From Macrostomum lignano (Eukaryota): a stretch of DNA of 64,000 nucleotides. This document shows positions 1 to 13,505 of the stretch, one piece after another. The DNA lies in NCBI GenBank assembly GCA_002269645.1, contig NIVC01002014.1, forward strand, positions 124,001 through 188,000, written 5' to 3'. The notes under the pieces were generated by a model that ran no database searches, was not told the origin of the DNA, and saw nothing but the letters and a program-made list of their open reading frames with translations. Position 1 is the stretch's first letter; every line of letters begins with the position of its first letter. Position numbers and translations under genes: made by a program.

Positions 1-19
1 GTTTGATCAAAATGATTAC

Positions 20-431
20 CTGACAAAATGAATTGAGCAGCTGAGTCTCCAGTGCTTTTCCGCTGATACCTGTCTGCAGAACCCGCTGCTCCAGTGAGTT
101 CAGATCTGATCGGCTCAATAAATTCTCAATCATGAAGCCCTCACTGAGATTGCACTGCTCACAGAGGGACACCCGCAAGAACTTGCGCCTGCACTGATCG
201 ACAGCCTCAATACAGATGCTCATTATATATTAATTAAACGGCATGTTGCCCTCTCCAGACAGACCGGGGGTTGAGGCACCAGGAACTGTCTTGTGCAACT
301 GAGCTCTGGTTTGTATATTTGAAACTCACTGCTTTCAGCTGGTGTATTGCGTGCACTTCACACTGTCTAGTGGAAAGCAGGTAAAATGGTTGTGAGCGCA
401 GCACTACTGATTGTAAGTAGTAACTCTTGTC
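20..431 (-). CDS. Two putative exons of an unidentified gene running off the left edge (431-330 and about 222-20)
   Basis: 431-330: acceptor ctcactcag, 34 open codons (DKSYYLQSVVLRSQPFY...HQLKA), donor GTGAGT. The next block is open for 68 codons (...CRRKFLRVSLCEQCNLSEGF...LLNSFCQ) and ends exactly at CAG|GTAATC. No family recognised. Upstream exons may lie in 2370-2660 and 3560-4450. Confidence 0.4.
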
Positions 432-494
432 CTGAGTGAGGATAATTTAGTAAAATAACCGAACTAAAATTCAGTGGGGGTCGGTCTGTCGAGT

Positions 495-1455
495 TCATCT
501 GCCACCTCCCTGCAATTTCCTGCCATCTGCAATCTGCCACCTCCCTGCAATTTCCTGCCATCTGCAATCTGCCACCTCCCTGCAATTTCCTGCCATCTGC
601 AATCTGCAATCTCCCTGCAACTCCCAGGATTTTCCTGCCATCTCCCTGCATGCCATTTGCAATCTCCCTGTCATCTCCCTGCATTTTCCTGCCATCTGCC
701 ATCTCCTGCCATCTCCCTTCATGCCATCTGCAATCTCCTGCCATCTCCCTGCATGCCATCTGCAATCTCCTGTCATCTCCCTGCATGCCATCTGCAATCT
801 CCTGCCATCTCCCTGCATGCCATCTGCAATCTCCTGCCATCTCCCTGCATGCCATCTGCAATCTCCTGTCATCTCCCTGCATGCCATCTGCAATCTCCTG
901 CCATCTCCCTGCATGCCATCTGCAATCTCCCTGCAACTCCCAGGATTTTCCTGCCATCTCCCTGCATGCCATTTGCAATCTCCCTGTCATCTCCCTGCAT
1001 TTTCCTGCCATCTGCCATCTCCTGCCATCTCCCTTCATGCCATCTGCAATCTCCTGCCATCTCCCTGCATGCCATCTGCAATCTCCTGTCATCTCCCTGC
1101 ATGCCATCTGCAATCTCCTGCCATCTCCCTGCATGCCATCTGCAATCTCCTGCCATCTCCCTGCATGCCATCTGCAATCTCCTGTCATCTCCCTGCATGC
1201 CATCTGCAATCTCCTGCCATCTCCCTGCATGCCATCTGCAATCTCCTGTCATCTCCCTGCATGCCATCTGCAATCTCCTGTCATCTCCCTGCATGCCATC
1301 TGCAATCTCCCTGCCATCTCCCTGCATTTTCCTGCCATCTGCCATCTCCTGCCATCTCCTTGCATTTTCCGCCATCTCCCGTCATCCCCTGCCATCTGCC
1401 ATCGATCCTGCCATCTCCCTGCATTTTCCGCCATCTCCCGTCATCTGCCATCTTT
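495..1455. repeat. 32-bp minisatellite (ATGCCATCTGCAATCTCCTGCCATCTCCCTGC) with a 316-bp higher-order duplication
   Basis: Period 32 read directly (721, 753...). The variant CTCCCAGGAT recurs at 621 and 937. Confidence 0.95.
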
Positions 1456-1644
1456 TTGCAGAGATGAAGCAAGCTAATTGAGCTGGATAAAGGGTATCCC
1501 AAAATGTTTGGCTGCATCCCCCTGCCATTAATAATCAGTTCTAAAGCAAGCACTCTATTTTCTTTCCAAGTTTGGTCCCGAAAATATATTCAGTTCGAAG
1601 GCAAGTTATTGAGCTCAAAAGTCTACGATTCAACCTTCATTTCA

Positions 1645-2155
1645 ACATGCATATAGGCTGACTAAAACACACATTGCACTGAACCAATGGTCTTTTGGCC
1701 ATAGACAGTCTCAGTGGGCTGCCGAGCGCTTCGACATGCATAGGCTGACTAAAACACACATTGCACTGAACCAATGGTCTTTTGGCCATAGACAGTCTCA
1801 GTGGGCTGCCGAGCGCTTCGACATGCATAGGCTGACTAAAACACACATTGCACTGAACCAATGGTCTTTTGGCCATAGACAGTCTCAGTGGGCTGCCGTG
1901 CGCTTCAACATGCATAGGCTGACTAAAACACACATTGCACTGAACCAATGGTCTTTTGGCCATAGACAGTCTCAGTGGGCTGCCGTGCGCTTCGACATGC
2001 ATAGGCTGACTAAAACACACATTGCACTGAACCAATGGTCTTTTGGCCATAGACAGTCTCAGTGGGCTGCCGTGCGCTTCGACATGCATAGGCTGACTAA
2101 AACACACATTGCACTGAACCAATGGTCTTTTGGCCATAGACAGTCTCAGTGGGCT
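1645..2155. repeat. 87-bp tandem repeat, about 6 near-identical copies
   Basis: GAACCAATGG at 1681, 1768, 1855, 1942, 2029 and 2116. Confidence 0.95.
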
Positions 2156-2854
2156 TAGGAAGTGAAAACTCGGTCTATCAGCACAGACTACCAGCATGTC
2201 GCTCAATCCAGCTCAACGTGGGCGGGTTAGGTGCAATACGACAGTTGTTTCTAACTCGCAGAAGACTTTCGCCTCTGCTTAGTTAAATTAATTTTGTACA
2301 ACGCATTGCACCTGACTCCTGAGCCCCCGAACAGGCTTTGGAATTTGGTTTGGTAACGGCGCCACTCACCTGCTCAATTCCATCGGCTCACTCTGGCAGC
2401 TTCTGGCTGTCTGCTGCATGCTGGCTGAGTCTCTGACTCAAAGTCTCAACTCTACTCTGAGCTCTTGTTTGAGGCCCGAACTTGCTTCGTATTTCAAGCC
2501 TTTTCTGGCCTGGGGTTGGGGGCGGGGGTGGCTGCCGGCTCGGGCAGGTCTTGCCTGGGCTTGCCTTGAGCTCTGCTTTGTCCCAGATAGGAGTTTTGTA
2601 AGACACAGATTGGCTGCAAGCAGCCTGCCCAGTCCGCTCGGCTTGTCAGACAATAAAATCTGAATGAATGGCCAGCATTCCATTTCCAAATTTCAAGGAG
2701 AGTTCGATCAAAATTCTGGAGATTAACAACACTAACAACTTTGCTCAAAGCTCTCAGCAAGTTAAAAGGTTAAAAAATGTAGTTGGAGGGCACAAGCAGA
2801 GGCAGGGACATTGCCACAGATTTTATGGTGGGGTAACAACGGCTCGTTTGGCGC

Positions 2855-3558
2855 ATTTCAGCGCCACAGACACTCATTTTAGCGCCACAGACACTCAATT
2901 TAGCGCCACAGACACGCATTTTAGCGCCACAGACACTCATTTTAGCGCCACAGACACTCAATTTAGCGCCACAGACACGCATTTTAGCGACACAGGCACT
3001 CATTTTAGCGCCACAGACACTCATTTTCTCGCCACAAACACGCATTTTAGCGCCACAGACACGCATTTTAGTGCCGCAGACATTCTTTTAGCGCCACAGA
3101 AACTCATTTTAGCGCCGCAGACACTCATTTTAGCGCCACAGACACTCATTTTAGCGCCACAGACACTCATTTTAGCGCCACATACACTCATTTTAGCGCC
3201 ACAGACACTCATTTTAGCGCCACAGACACTCATTTTAGCGCCACAGACACTCATTTTAGCGCCACAGACACTCATTTTAGCGCCACAGACACTCATTTTA
3301 GCGCCACAGACACGCATTTTAGCGACACAGGCACTCACTTTAGCGCCACAGACACTCGTTTTCTCGCCACAAACACGCATTCTAGCGCCACGGACACTCA
3401 TTTTAGCGCCACAGAAACTCATTTCAGCGCCGCACACTCACTTTAGCGCCACAGACACTCATTTTAGCGCCGCAGACACTCACTTTGGCGCCACAGACAT
3501 TCAATTTAGCGCCACAGACACTCATTTTAGCGCCACAGACACTCGTTTTAGCGCCACA
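2855..3558. repeat. 21-bp minisatellite (TTTTAGCGCCACAGACACTCA)
   Basis: About 33 tandem units seen directly. Confidence 0.95.
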
Positions 3559-4465
3559 TAAAAGGCAACAAAACTTCGCAGACTTGACAGCCTCACCGGT
3601 TCGGGCAGTGAGCATCGAGCTTGATATGAAAATAGCTCAGCACACGGCAGTGTCAAATGAAACTCTGTGACTCCAGATTGCTCTGTCTGATGCCCCCTGG
3701 CCAAGTAGCGCTCGGGCGAGTTGCGGCACGAAGCTCTGAGAGCTGCACTCACCGCCCCCCAACCCCATCTTCATCTCAGCTGAGTTCGATGCTTTTTGTC
3801 TCCGTGCCTGCCACCGCTGGTTGAGCCCCCTGGCGGCGCGAATCTCATTGATCTGCCCAGCAGCTGCATGAGTTGTGGCTCTCTGTTGCCATCTGATATC
3901 TAATTGCCTTCTGCCTGCAGCAGCTAGGCACACCTGCCTGCTCTCCCCATGCTGACAGCGTAGCAACTATTGTTCGAGTCTTATACTGCTCAGAGTGTGG
4001 ACTCGAATTCTTAAACAGAGTTGTATAGCTCTTGTGGAGTTATTGCTCAGCTCAGACTCAGGCTGGCGCAAGCAGGCAGCTGAGCGAGGCGGGCCATTGT
4101 CTCCCCTCCACTCTCTTACCCTCACAATGGCTGGCGGGTCGCTACGCTTCAGTGGCTTTTGAGCTGCCGCCCGAACCGAAGCACGCAGGTGCCAGGCAAG
4201 CCTGAGTGAGTCAGCTCTGGCTAATGCGTTTTGCATTGAGCCTGCTCAGAATAGGACTGCCATTTGTTTAGTCCGAGTTTGCAAATGTGCCTGCCGCAGA
4301 GTCCCTCATAGCGATCACTCAACTCCATCTGTTTGCTGCTCAGAAATATCCAGCAATCTGTGAAGATGCCGACCTCGCTCTGCCTGGTTTCCCGGTAGTT
4401 GAGGAAATCCGCCTGGGCTGGTCCGCTTCAGCTCTGATTCCATTGCTCTGTGTCTTAGCGTTCCC

Positions 4466-4640
4466 CATCTTCCCTCCTCTCTGCTCTCCCTCTCTCCCTC
4501 TCTTCCTCCCTCTCCCTCCCTTTCTCTCCCTCTCTTCCTTCTCTCTCTCCCTCTCTTCCTTCTCTCTCTCCCTCTCTTCCTTCTCTCTCTCTCACTCCCT
4601 CTCTCTCCCTCTCCCTCTCCCTCTCCCTCCCTTTCTCTCC
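4466..4640. repeat. CT-rich microsatellite / low complexity
   Basis: Degenerate (CT)n/CCCT run. Confidence 0.9.
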
Positions 4641-5269
4641 CTTTGTTTGACTTTAGCAAAAAAATCGAGCATGGAACAAGCAGAAAAAGACGAAAAAATG
4701 TCACAGGAAAGACAACGGATGAAAGCCAGTTCATTCGATTCAAAAGTGATCATTTAGCACTGATCTTTGCGATGCAGTGAAGCTTGACAAGCAGTTAAAA
4801 GAAAAATTCTAAAGTGAACTTTTACACCTGTTATTTTGATGGACCGCATTTAATTTTTTATCTGAGCAAAATTCTATGTTAAATAAAGCAAGCTTTATTA
4901 ATTTTTTTTAAATTAATGCACTTACTACTCTGGAGAATCATGCTACTGCCAACCCAAGTCAGTAGTGTGCATAGAATACTAGAATGAAAACATGAAACCT
5001 TCCACATTAAAGGTTGAAAACAAGCAGAGAGCAGGTGAGTGACGCGGGAAGGCCCTGCTAAACTAATTAATGACTGACAGCTTTAATTGGAGATAGAAAT
5101 AGAACTTTTATTATCTTTTATTAGTACATGTATTTGAGTACTTTAGAAACGCATCAATATTTTGCTCCGAGACAGCTGCAGGACATCTCGTACTTTTAAT
5201 AATAGAATTCGGCATTTAATTCACCCGGGCTGAACTTCAGGGCCTCAGACTCGTAAACACCACACATGT

Positions 5270-5470
5270 GACCCCACACTGTCTCCGGTCACCCCACACT
5301 GCCTCCAGTGATTCCACACTGTCTCCAGTCACCCCACACTTTATTTAGTCACTCCACACTCTATCTAGTCACTTCACACTCTATCTAATCACTCCACACT
5401 CTATCTAGTCACTCCACACTCTATCTAATCACTCCACCGTCCATAGTCACTCTACTGGCATCTAGTCACT
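5270..5470. repeat. Degenerate ~20-bp minisatellite (GTCACTCCACACTCTATCTA)
   Basis: About 9 units just 3' of the DEG/ENaC stop. Confidence 0.8.
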
Positions 5471-5547
5471 CGAATACTCCATATATAGTCACACCGAGCT
5501 AATCATTTCACATCTACTCTTGTCACTCAACACACGCGACATTCCTG

Positions 5548-8126
5548 TCACTCCAGATCCAGCACCCGCAGTCGCAGGGTTTGCACAAATCCGCCCCATT
5601 CCTGAGGCGGAGGAGGCCGACGGCTCTCGGTCGACTCCATCGGCACCGCCGACTTCGCCGCTCCAGCCTGAGTTGCGGCCGCAGCCTCCGCATCACCGCT
5701 GCCTTCAGGCCGCCGCCGCGATCGGCAATCGCACAGCCGGAGGCTCAAGCAGACGCTGTGCAGCAGCTCGAACAGCTCGAACAGAGTGAGCAGCGAGCAG
5801 CCCAGGTACAGGCCCAGGATGCCACCAACGTTGGACACAAAGTCGAACACGGTATAGGCGCGGCTGATGGTCACCACCGAGCCTATGGCGGCCGCTGTCT
5901 TGATGGTCACCTTCGACACCATGATGGACGCGAAGGAGGCAATGCGGGCCCGGCTGGCGGCCGTGTAGTTGGCCTCCATCTCGTCCAACAGCTTGGTGAG
6001 GACGTCGTATCCGGGATAAGTGAAGTTGCCCATCGTCCGCCGCTTCGTGCTGGCGATGTCGGAGAACATCCGGCGCAGGACGGCGTCCTGGTAGCCGTTG
6101 AAGGACGGCCAACGAATGGAGTGGGTGGTGGCTGTGTAGTGGTTCTGGCGGCAGGGCCGGCGCGGGTTGCAAGCGGAGCGCACAGCCTCCAGGTCGTACT
6201 GGAAGTGCTGCCGCTTCATCGCCAGACTGGCCTGCAGGAAGCTGCGCCTGTCCTGCTGGCTGGCGTTCAAGTAGCCACGGGCGTCCATGCACCTGCGGGG
6301 TTGAGTTGGGAGACCTGGAGCTATTGCTATTACAAAGATGCACTGAACCGCTCCTTAGCAGTAGCCAGCATCTACCACAGCTGAGAGAGGTTCTGTTCTT
6401 GGCCATAGACATTTAGGTCGCTTGACTATACTTTATACAAGCTAGACTTACCCAGTTTGACAGTTTGACAGACTGACAAGTCTCTATTCTCTTCAGGGTC
6501 GCATGGTGACATTATTTGGAGTAAGCTATACACGCTTTGAAAGGCACACCAAAGAAACCAAGCAAGTTTGTGTAGCCTTGGTGCGAGCATTGACTCCCTA
6601 TCCTATAAGCCGTAGCCCATACTTCCCTAAACACCACCTGGAGGGTCTGCACAAAAGTTCACAATTCATAAGCGCTTAGAGGGATCTGGAATTTAAAGAT
6701 GCTTTCTAATACGATTTGTCAGTAGAACAAATTAACCAGATGAACACCTGGGCAGGTAGCTGAACGCTTTAAGTCGAGGCGCCGTGGGTTCAATGCAGCC
6801 CAGCTTCTTGTACCTCATCAGCTCTTTGAATTCAATCCAGCATAGATGATCGCTGTATTCGAACTCCTCGACCTGCTCCGTGTAGGGGTTGACGATTCGC
6901 GCCTTTGGCGACTCGGCAACGCACTCCATGCCGTCCTGCATGGCCAGCTGAGACATCCGCAGGTTGATGCTGCACTCGCTGCCCGGCTCAATCAGGACTG
7001 CAGCGGCGGCGTCGGTCGGATAGTGGCCTGGCGGCACCATCTGCAGCGTCATGGCCGCCCCGCTGCGGATGGACATGCCGTACTCCGGGTCCCACATGGA
7101 GAAGCCGACGCCATCCTTGATGAGTGCGTATGGCACGCGGCCCAGGCGCGGGTGGGTCGGGTAAAGTCCAGCCATGGGCGCGTCGGAGAACAGGTAGACC
7201 GTTAGGAAGTTCCTCGGGTCCTCTAGAAAGGCTCGCCGCTCGGCCGTCAGCCGGATGTGGAAGCAGTTGAGCCGGCTCGGGCTGTGGAAGACCAGCAGCG
7301 AGCCGGTGGAGTTTCCGGCCAGCTCCATGGCTCTGTTGTCGGAGTACAGGTCGTACAGGATGGCCTGCTGGAACTGGTGCGCGAACTCGTCGCTCAGCAG
7401 CCGGTAGGGCATGGTGCTGAGTAGGATCCGGATGAAGGTCTCAGTCTCCTTGTCCGTCTGCGGAGTGAAGTTCAGCTGCCTGGCAATGGCGTGGATGAAT
7501 CCGTTCACCTGGTCCGCTGTCTCATTACTGACGTAGTTCCCATAGCTGCCAGACATTGCTGGCTGGGGGCACAAGAACAGGTCCGGGAACACCATGGGCA
7601 CCGAGTCCTGCTGAATGCCCGTGGTCTCCGGACGGTCAATCAGCTTCAGCACGAAGCTGTACGCCTGAAATCAGTTTAGGCGGGTTGCAATTACAGCGAG
7701 CTTAATAGTCATTCCAAAGCGGTCCCGTGCCGATGCTTAATTTTCTAGGAATCAGTGTACGGGTACATACTTGGTTCAGCGTCGACTCAGATGGAATTCT
7801 CATTATAAACCTCCATGGCGATTGATTTGAATTTTAACTTTGAAAACTCTGGATTAAGGCGCCGCTACTATATGCTTTTATTCTATGTCGGAATCTTGAT
7901 TGAATCGAAGCCGATTTACCTGATAGCCAAACACGCAGGCCAGGAGGCCAAAGAGCACCAACCAGACTACCCGGACTCGAGCCGGCCGCTTCCCGGACAC
8001 GAGACGCGGCAGCGCGTGCGCAGTCGACTCGGCGAGGGAGGCTTTTAGGCAGGCTGCGAGGACGCGGCGAAATCGTTCGCCGGATTCGCCGTCCCCTGCC
8101 TGCAGTTGGCTGACGTCCGATAGCAT
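5548..8126 (-). CDS. DEG/ENaC (ASIC/FaNaC/pickpocket superfamily) amiloride-sensitive channel subunit, ~622 aa; exons 8126-7920, 7664-6748, 6292-5548
   Basis: Pre-TM1 STAH motif, TM1 (VVWLVLFGLLACVFGYQ), post-TM1 FPDLFLCP, Cys-rich thumb and TM2 signature SNVGGILGLYLGCSLLTLFE. GT-AG introns in phases 0 and 2 join in frame. Confidence 0.93.
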
Positions 8127-10771
8127 TTCCCTGCTGCTCTGGTAGTGCAGGAATTTCGATATTACCGCTGCAGCTGCAGATGCAGACCAGAGGGCGGGTA
8201 TTTGAATACCACGGGGAGAAAGTCAGAGCTGAGACCCGTGGGAATTAGGCCATCTGGTAGTGGCGCCATCCAGGTAAAGCTCGGGTGGACAGATTGAAGC
8301 ACTTGTTTGTCTGGCTGGGGTATTCCAGACTCACTGTCAGAGCGGCACTGCAGGGCGTCAACGCATTTCCTCCGCAGCCAGAGGGAAAGAGATTGGGCCT
8401 TTAGGTCGCCTTAATTTTTACTTCATATGTACTGCAAGTATAAAATACAGAATGTACGTTAAAATTTTGCGACGTCGTAAAATTGAAGCTTTGAAATACG
8501 AGTAACTGATTTTAAAGTGTACAAGCCCGTGTTGATCACTTTTGAAATTTGGTCTGGTTTGGTGGTTGTGTGACTGTGAACGAGTCTTAAATACATGTAC
8601 GCCAATTGCATACGCACCCCTCTCTGCTCCTAGGCAGTAGGTATATACTATACCACACTGCGACGTTACGGCCTCAACAGTTTTCTTATTGTTGGCTTCA
8701 ACAGAACCCTTGTGCAGAATCTTCAGGATGAGCAAATGATTTGACTATACATGTATTTGTATTTTTTTAATGTTCGTTGTCAGAGTTCGTCTACTGATAT
8801 ATAAGTCGAAAGTATAGAATGTGGCGTGAAAGCTTGCAAAAATGTAATTGCTATGCGAGCGCCAATAGTGATAGTAGATCTAGAAGTTCGGTTCAGTTCA
8901 GATAATGGGTGGAGCGTAGAATTTGGCAGACGAAATGATAAAAATCGAACAGAAATCGGCCCTAGCAGCGTCCACTCCCGGGTTTGATTCCTCTTTTTGC
9001 TAGTTGCAATTGCTTATGTACGTGTATAATTGTTACAGGTACTAACAGTACAGGAGCGTGCCATTAAAACATGTGTCATGGCACCTAGGCATGCTTTTTA
9101 TGACTAAACCTATCCTGGAGCTTTAATGGATGTTCGTTGCGCGAAACTGGACATCGGTTGTTGAAATCTACCATGCAGGGTACCATAGGAACAGGATTTG
9201 CCAATTGGATCCTTTACATCATAAATAAACCACATTATTAATTCTGTTGCTATAATTTTATACAATTCGCAGTATTTATTGTTTATTGGTAATTTAATAA
9301 GCATAGTTCAGTTTCGCTTCCTATCACATTTCTTTAAGTTTGTGCTTCGTTCACGCACTCATTCAAAGTAAGTTAGCGCAAAATATTTCTTAGAAAGTAT
9401 ATCGTATTTCCTATAAAAACTATTGCAAAAATATTGTTATAAGGAAATACATAAATGGGTATTTTTCACATAGTGCCATGTTTTCATTATTTCTATAGGA
9501 GCCATAGAAATAGGAATTGCCATATTTAATAAAAATTATAATAGTAGTAGGCCTACTAACTTGTACTAAGCCATAACTTGGCATAAGACATAATATAACT
9601 TACAATAGCTACCTTTGATTTGGGGTCCTAGTCATTTCGTCAACTGGCGTTTCGTCAACTGGCCATTTCGTCAACTCAGTTTTTGCATTGGTCGTTTCGT
9701 CAACTAGCCAATGAAGCGATCTCAAACCTCGGTCACTTCGTCAACTGACCAACGGGGAGTTCCCCAACATTGGTCACTTCGTCAACTGCCAATAAACTAC
9801 CCCCGCGGCCGCAAAAAAACAAAAACTGAACCTTGAAATGACTAAGTCGACATGCTAATTAATATATAGATACCCTTCTGCCGCAACATCTGCCGGCTTC
9901 AATCGATGCGTCTCTGACTATACATTAACAAACAATGTGTTTGAAACGTGTGCAGTATGACGCGGTTGATATCCCATGTTTAGGGGTGTTCGGGGTTCGG
10001 GGTCGGGTCGGGTTTCGGGTCGGGTTTTGGTACCGGGTTCGGGGTTCGGGGTAGGTGTTCCGGGTCGGGTTCGGGGTTCGGGGTAGGGGTACCGGGTTCG
10101 GGGTTCGGGTCGGGTTTGGCCACCGGGTTTTCGGGGTTTTGAACAATTATCATTCTCAATAGTATTTTCTAGCACTTTTTACTCCTTATGCAAAATCCAC
10201 AATGCGAAAGATATGCATTGAGTTTCAGGTACAACTTAAGTTATATTTTACATACAATTTGAAACGGAAATAGCAGATAGAACCATGGATTCATTTACAC
10301 TTTCTGGTAAATAACGATTGTCGTTTTTCGACCCATTCAGTCTTGCAGTTGATGATTTAAAAAATTACGTTCAGTAATAATTTTACATGTGCTACGTGTA
10401 ACATGGTCTGAACTTCTGGATTGGATGAGGAAGCTTAAAATTTATAAATACACTATTATTCTCCACGCATCAGTCGCCAATAATCAATTATCACAATGAT
10501 TACCTACTCATATCAGCATACAATTTTATGTAAAGACGTCACTTTAGTTTTTACATAGCAATTCTGTTATACCACTACTGACTTACTGTTAACTGTAGTC
10601 AAAAGTAAAAATAAATACATATTTGTGATTAACTCTCCTGTTTCATTGTATCATTGTTTTATCTGTGCTATCTCTTTATCGCTCTAGTTCTATCTCTACT
10701 GATATCTACACTACAGGGTATAATCTAATTTTATTGTACTCTATTTTTGCAGCTTAAATAAACTCATAGAT

Positions 10772-11558
10772 GTAATATACCTTTTAACAGTGTTGTTGGG
10801 CATAAGTGAAATTTATTTAGTCCAAGTGTTCCTACCACTGAGTGAAGTGAGTTTGATTTAGTCTAGCTGTTGATTTTGGCCATAGACGATTGATGAAAAG
10901 TGAAATATATTTGGTCGCTCTTGCTTAGCGCTGAGCTTACCGTGACTTAAAGTTAGTCGTAGTGAAATTTATTTAGTCCGCTTAGAGTTCTTGTTTGGCT
11001 ATAGAATTTGCTGAATCATAGAATTCTTTCCATGGAGGCTCCAGCAGCACAGAGACGAGTCGCTGTTTCGCAGCAAGACAGGCGAAGGCTGGTCAATGCC
11101 TTTGTTCTCAACGAGGACTGGCTCAATCTGGCAAAACAGCTCAACATACCGCGCCAGTCTGCAAGGAATGTTATCGTTAAGTTTGAGCGAACTGGTCGTG
11201 TCGAGGCGGAAAAGCGAGGAGGCAACAAGCCGAAAGCTCTGAGTGATGAGATGATCGAGGCTCTCGTGGGATTTGTGGCGGACACGCCAGCTGCGACACT
11301 ACAAGACATGCGGAGACATCTTATGTGTTTTTGCGCCTTTTTGAAAGTTTACGATCTCGTTGACCATATTCATTTCACTTTGACTAAATAAAAGTCACGA
11401 TCTCGTTGCGCGCGCTAAAAACGACTATATTGAATTCACCGTCTATGGCTGCAAGCTAATTGAAGCGACTAAATCAAACTCACTTCGCTCAGTGGTAGGA
11501 GCACTTGGACTAGATAAATTTCACTTATGCCCAACAACACTGTTAAAAGGTATATTAC
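10772..11558 (+). mobile_element. Internally deleted IS630/Tc1-mariner-type element
   Basis: 92-bp TIRs (10772-10863 / 11467-11558, 3 mismatches) and an inner direct repeat AGTGAAATTTATTTAGTC. The TSD is ambiguous (TA inside a palindrome). Confidence 0.8.
11032..11391 (+). pseudogene. N-terminal helix-turn-helix region of an IS630/Tc1-like transposase; DDE domain absent
   Basis: LAKQLNIPRQSARNVIVKFERTG...RGGNKPKALSDE...TPAATLQDMR is the bipartite HTH pattern of this family. The frame turns non-homologous and stops. Confidence 0.7.
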
Positions 11559-12584
11559 TATTATTATTCATTTACTTTGTCTATGAGCCCAGTATGTAGT
11601 CTACTATCTAGCATCTACTGAAAATAAATGACAAAGGACCGAATTAACTAACATTGTAACTAACAATCACAGTTTGAATTTCCTGAAGCTGAAGGATTGG
11701 AATTGTGCAATGTAATTTACACTTATACAACAAATATAAACTGTGTTTGTCCCAAGTCATTCATGAGCTAACGTCGCGCCCAAAAGGCTTACAATTGAAG
11801 TGAAGTACAAATGAATATTGTACCTTTATCGGTGGAAAAAGTGTATTAATTTATTAAAATGATTGACCAAAATAAGCGTGAAAATGTTCGGGGTTACGTT
11901 CGGGGTCGGGTCGGGTTTTGGTACCGGGTTCGGGGTTCGGGGTTGGAAGAAATGTTCGGGACGGGGTTCGGGGTTCGGGGTAGGGGTACCGGGTTCGGGG
12001 TAAACCCCGAACCCCGAAAAAATGGCCGACCCGAACACCCCTACCCATGTTACACATTTGCATGACAAATTTTTGGATGTACATGTAGAAATTCATTAAG
12101 GAGTAGTTGATGGGTACTGGACCAAAGATAACGCTTCAAATGGTCCACTCTACATGGTGTATTTTAAAAATATATATAAAGCATTCCAAATTAACCATTA
12201 CATTTATGGTCATGTCGATGTCAATCACGCATTAAAATTTATATAATAATATATATTATATGCACACACTATACTTAAAACCTATAATAGTACATGTAGT
12301 TCTGTACGGTAAGCGGTAATCCAAATATACTAAATCTCTAAGGTTTGTATGCTTGAATGTCCATAACGCTCTAGTACGGTACTACTCGTAAATGCAGACA
12401 AAAGAAAAATATATTATTTTAAGAAAATTGCAATATTAGGACTTCTTGGAAACTGTACATTACATTGCAACAGCATATGGTTCATGTACGAAGCGCAGAC
12501 ATAAAATATATAATATAATATATAGTGAATGCTACATATAATCAGGTAAAAACCATGGTTGTAAAACACAGTCCAATTAACGAA

Positions 12585-13505
12585 TTAAAAAGTCTTATAC
12601 TTAGCTGCACTTTTATTGTTGCTGCTGCTGCTGTTGTGCCCTGCCGTGTGCGAAATGCGGAATGTGGCCAAGTCTTGTGCAGCTGAGCAGAAATGCACGA
12701 ATAGAAAGCGCGCGCCGCTGCGGTACTGCGCCCAATATCGCTCCACTTGCACTTGCAGCCGCTCGTACCGCGCCCGATGCTGCCGCTCTTGTACTCCTTG
12801 TTGCACCAGCGCGGCGTGCACGGGTACCAGCAGCGCCTCCGTGTGGAGCAGTTGAATTAGAGGGTACAGGGTGAGTTGCACTCTCTCAGCCCGCTGCTTC
12901 AGTCGCCGATGCCAGCCTTCCACCTCGTTGTTTGTCCGAATGGACTGGCCGTAAACGTACGCTTATTTCAGCAGCGCTATGCACTAGGTTGGTCAGCCAC
13001 GTACTGTTGACATACTCAGCCAGGTCCAGTAAAAGCGGCGCTTGCACTTCGGTGACGACTTGTGCTAGGCCGTCGTTCATGTGCTGGTACGGTAGGTAGG
13101 GCAGGCCCATCAGCATCCTGGTGAAATTCTTCGTACCTGGGTCCATCAGGTAGGCCTGTTGCAGTCCTAGATATTGAACGCGACGAAATATTGCCTGTGC
13201 GTAGTGAAAAAGGCAGCCTTGAAGCCTGACCATAGGGAAGACGGCTCGCAAGGCCTGCCATACAGCAGCCTCAAAGTCCATTATGCAGACTTCGGGTGTT
13301 GTGTTGCCGATTGCCTCCCGCAGCGATTGAAATACAGCATATAGTCGTTGACAGCCTTGCCTGACATTATAGCGAATGCCAGGGGCACTTGTTTGACTGT
13401 CGTTCCTTGCCGGATGTAGCAGTGCACAGAGTAGAGTTGCTTGAATGGTGCATGAACGACATCAAAAGTGCCGTCTAGAAACCATAGCCGACGGGATGCC
13501 AGCAG
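12585..13505 (-). pseudogene. MULE DDE transposase with two frameshifts
   Basis: WFLDGTF...VPLAFAIM / MDFE..VWQAL..VFP...GCLFHYAQA / RTNNEVEGWH motifs spread over three frames, with shifts near 13345 and 12960. Confidence 0.9.

Larger units (their letters stand above)
9981..12043. mobile_element. Non-autonomous hAT-type element
   Basis: TIR TAGGGGTGTTCGGG / CCCGAACACCCCTA, perfect 8-bp TSD CCCATGTT (9973-9980 / 12044-12051) and GGGTTCGGG subterminal arrays at both ends. No transposase. Confidence 0.85.

Noticed and set aside
367-1481. Long ORFs in all frames (MQGDGRRLQMACRE..., PCMPSAIS...)
   Set aside because: Products of a stop-poor 32-bp minisatellite whose period is not a multiple of 3.
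1645-2155. CRISPR-like regularity (also 43125-43712)
   Set aside because: No unique spacers, no cas genes, eukaryotic context.
8979-8992. tRNA B-box-like GGGTTTGATTCC (similar near 24020)
   Set aside because: No A box or cloverleaf could be built.
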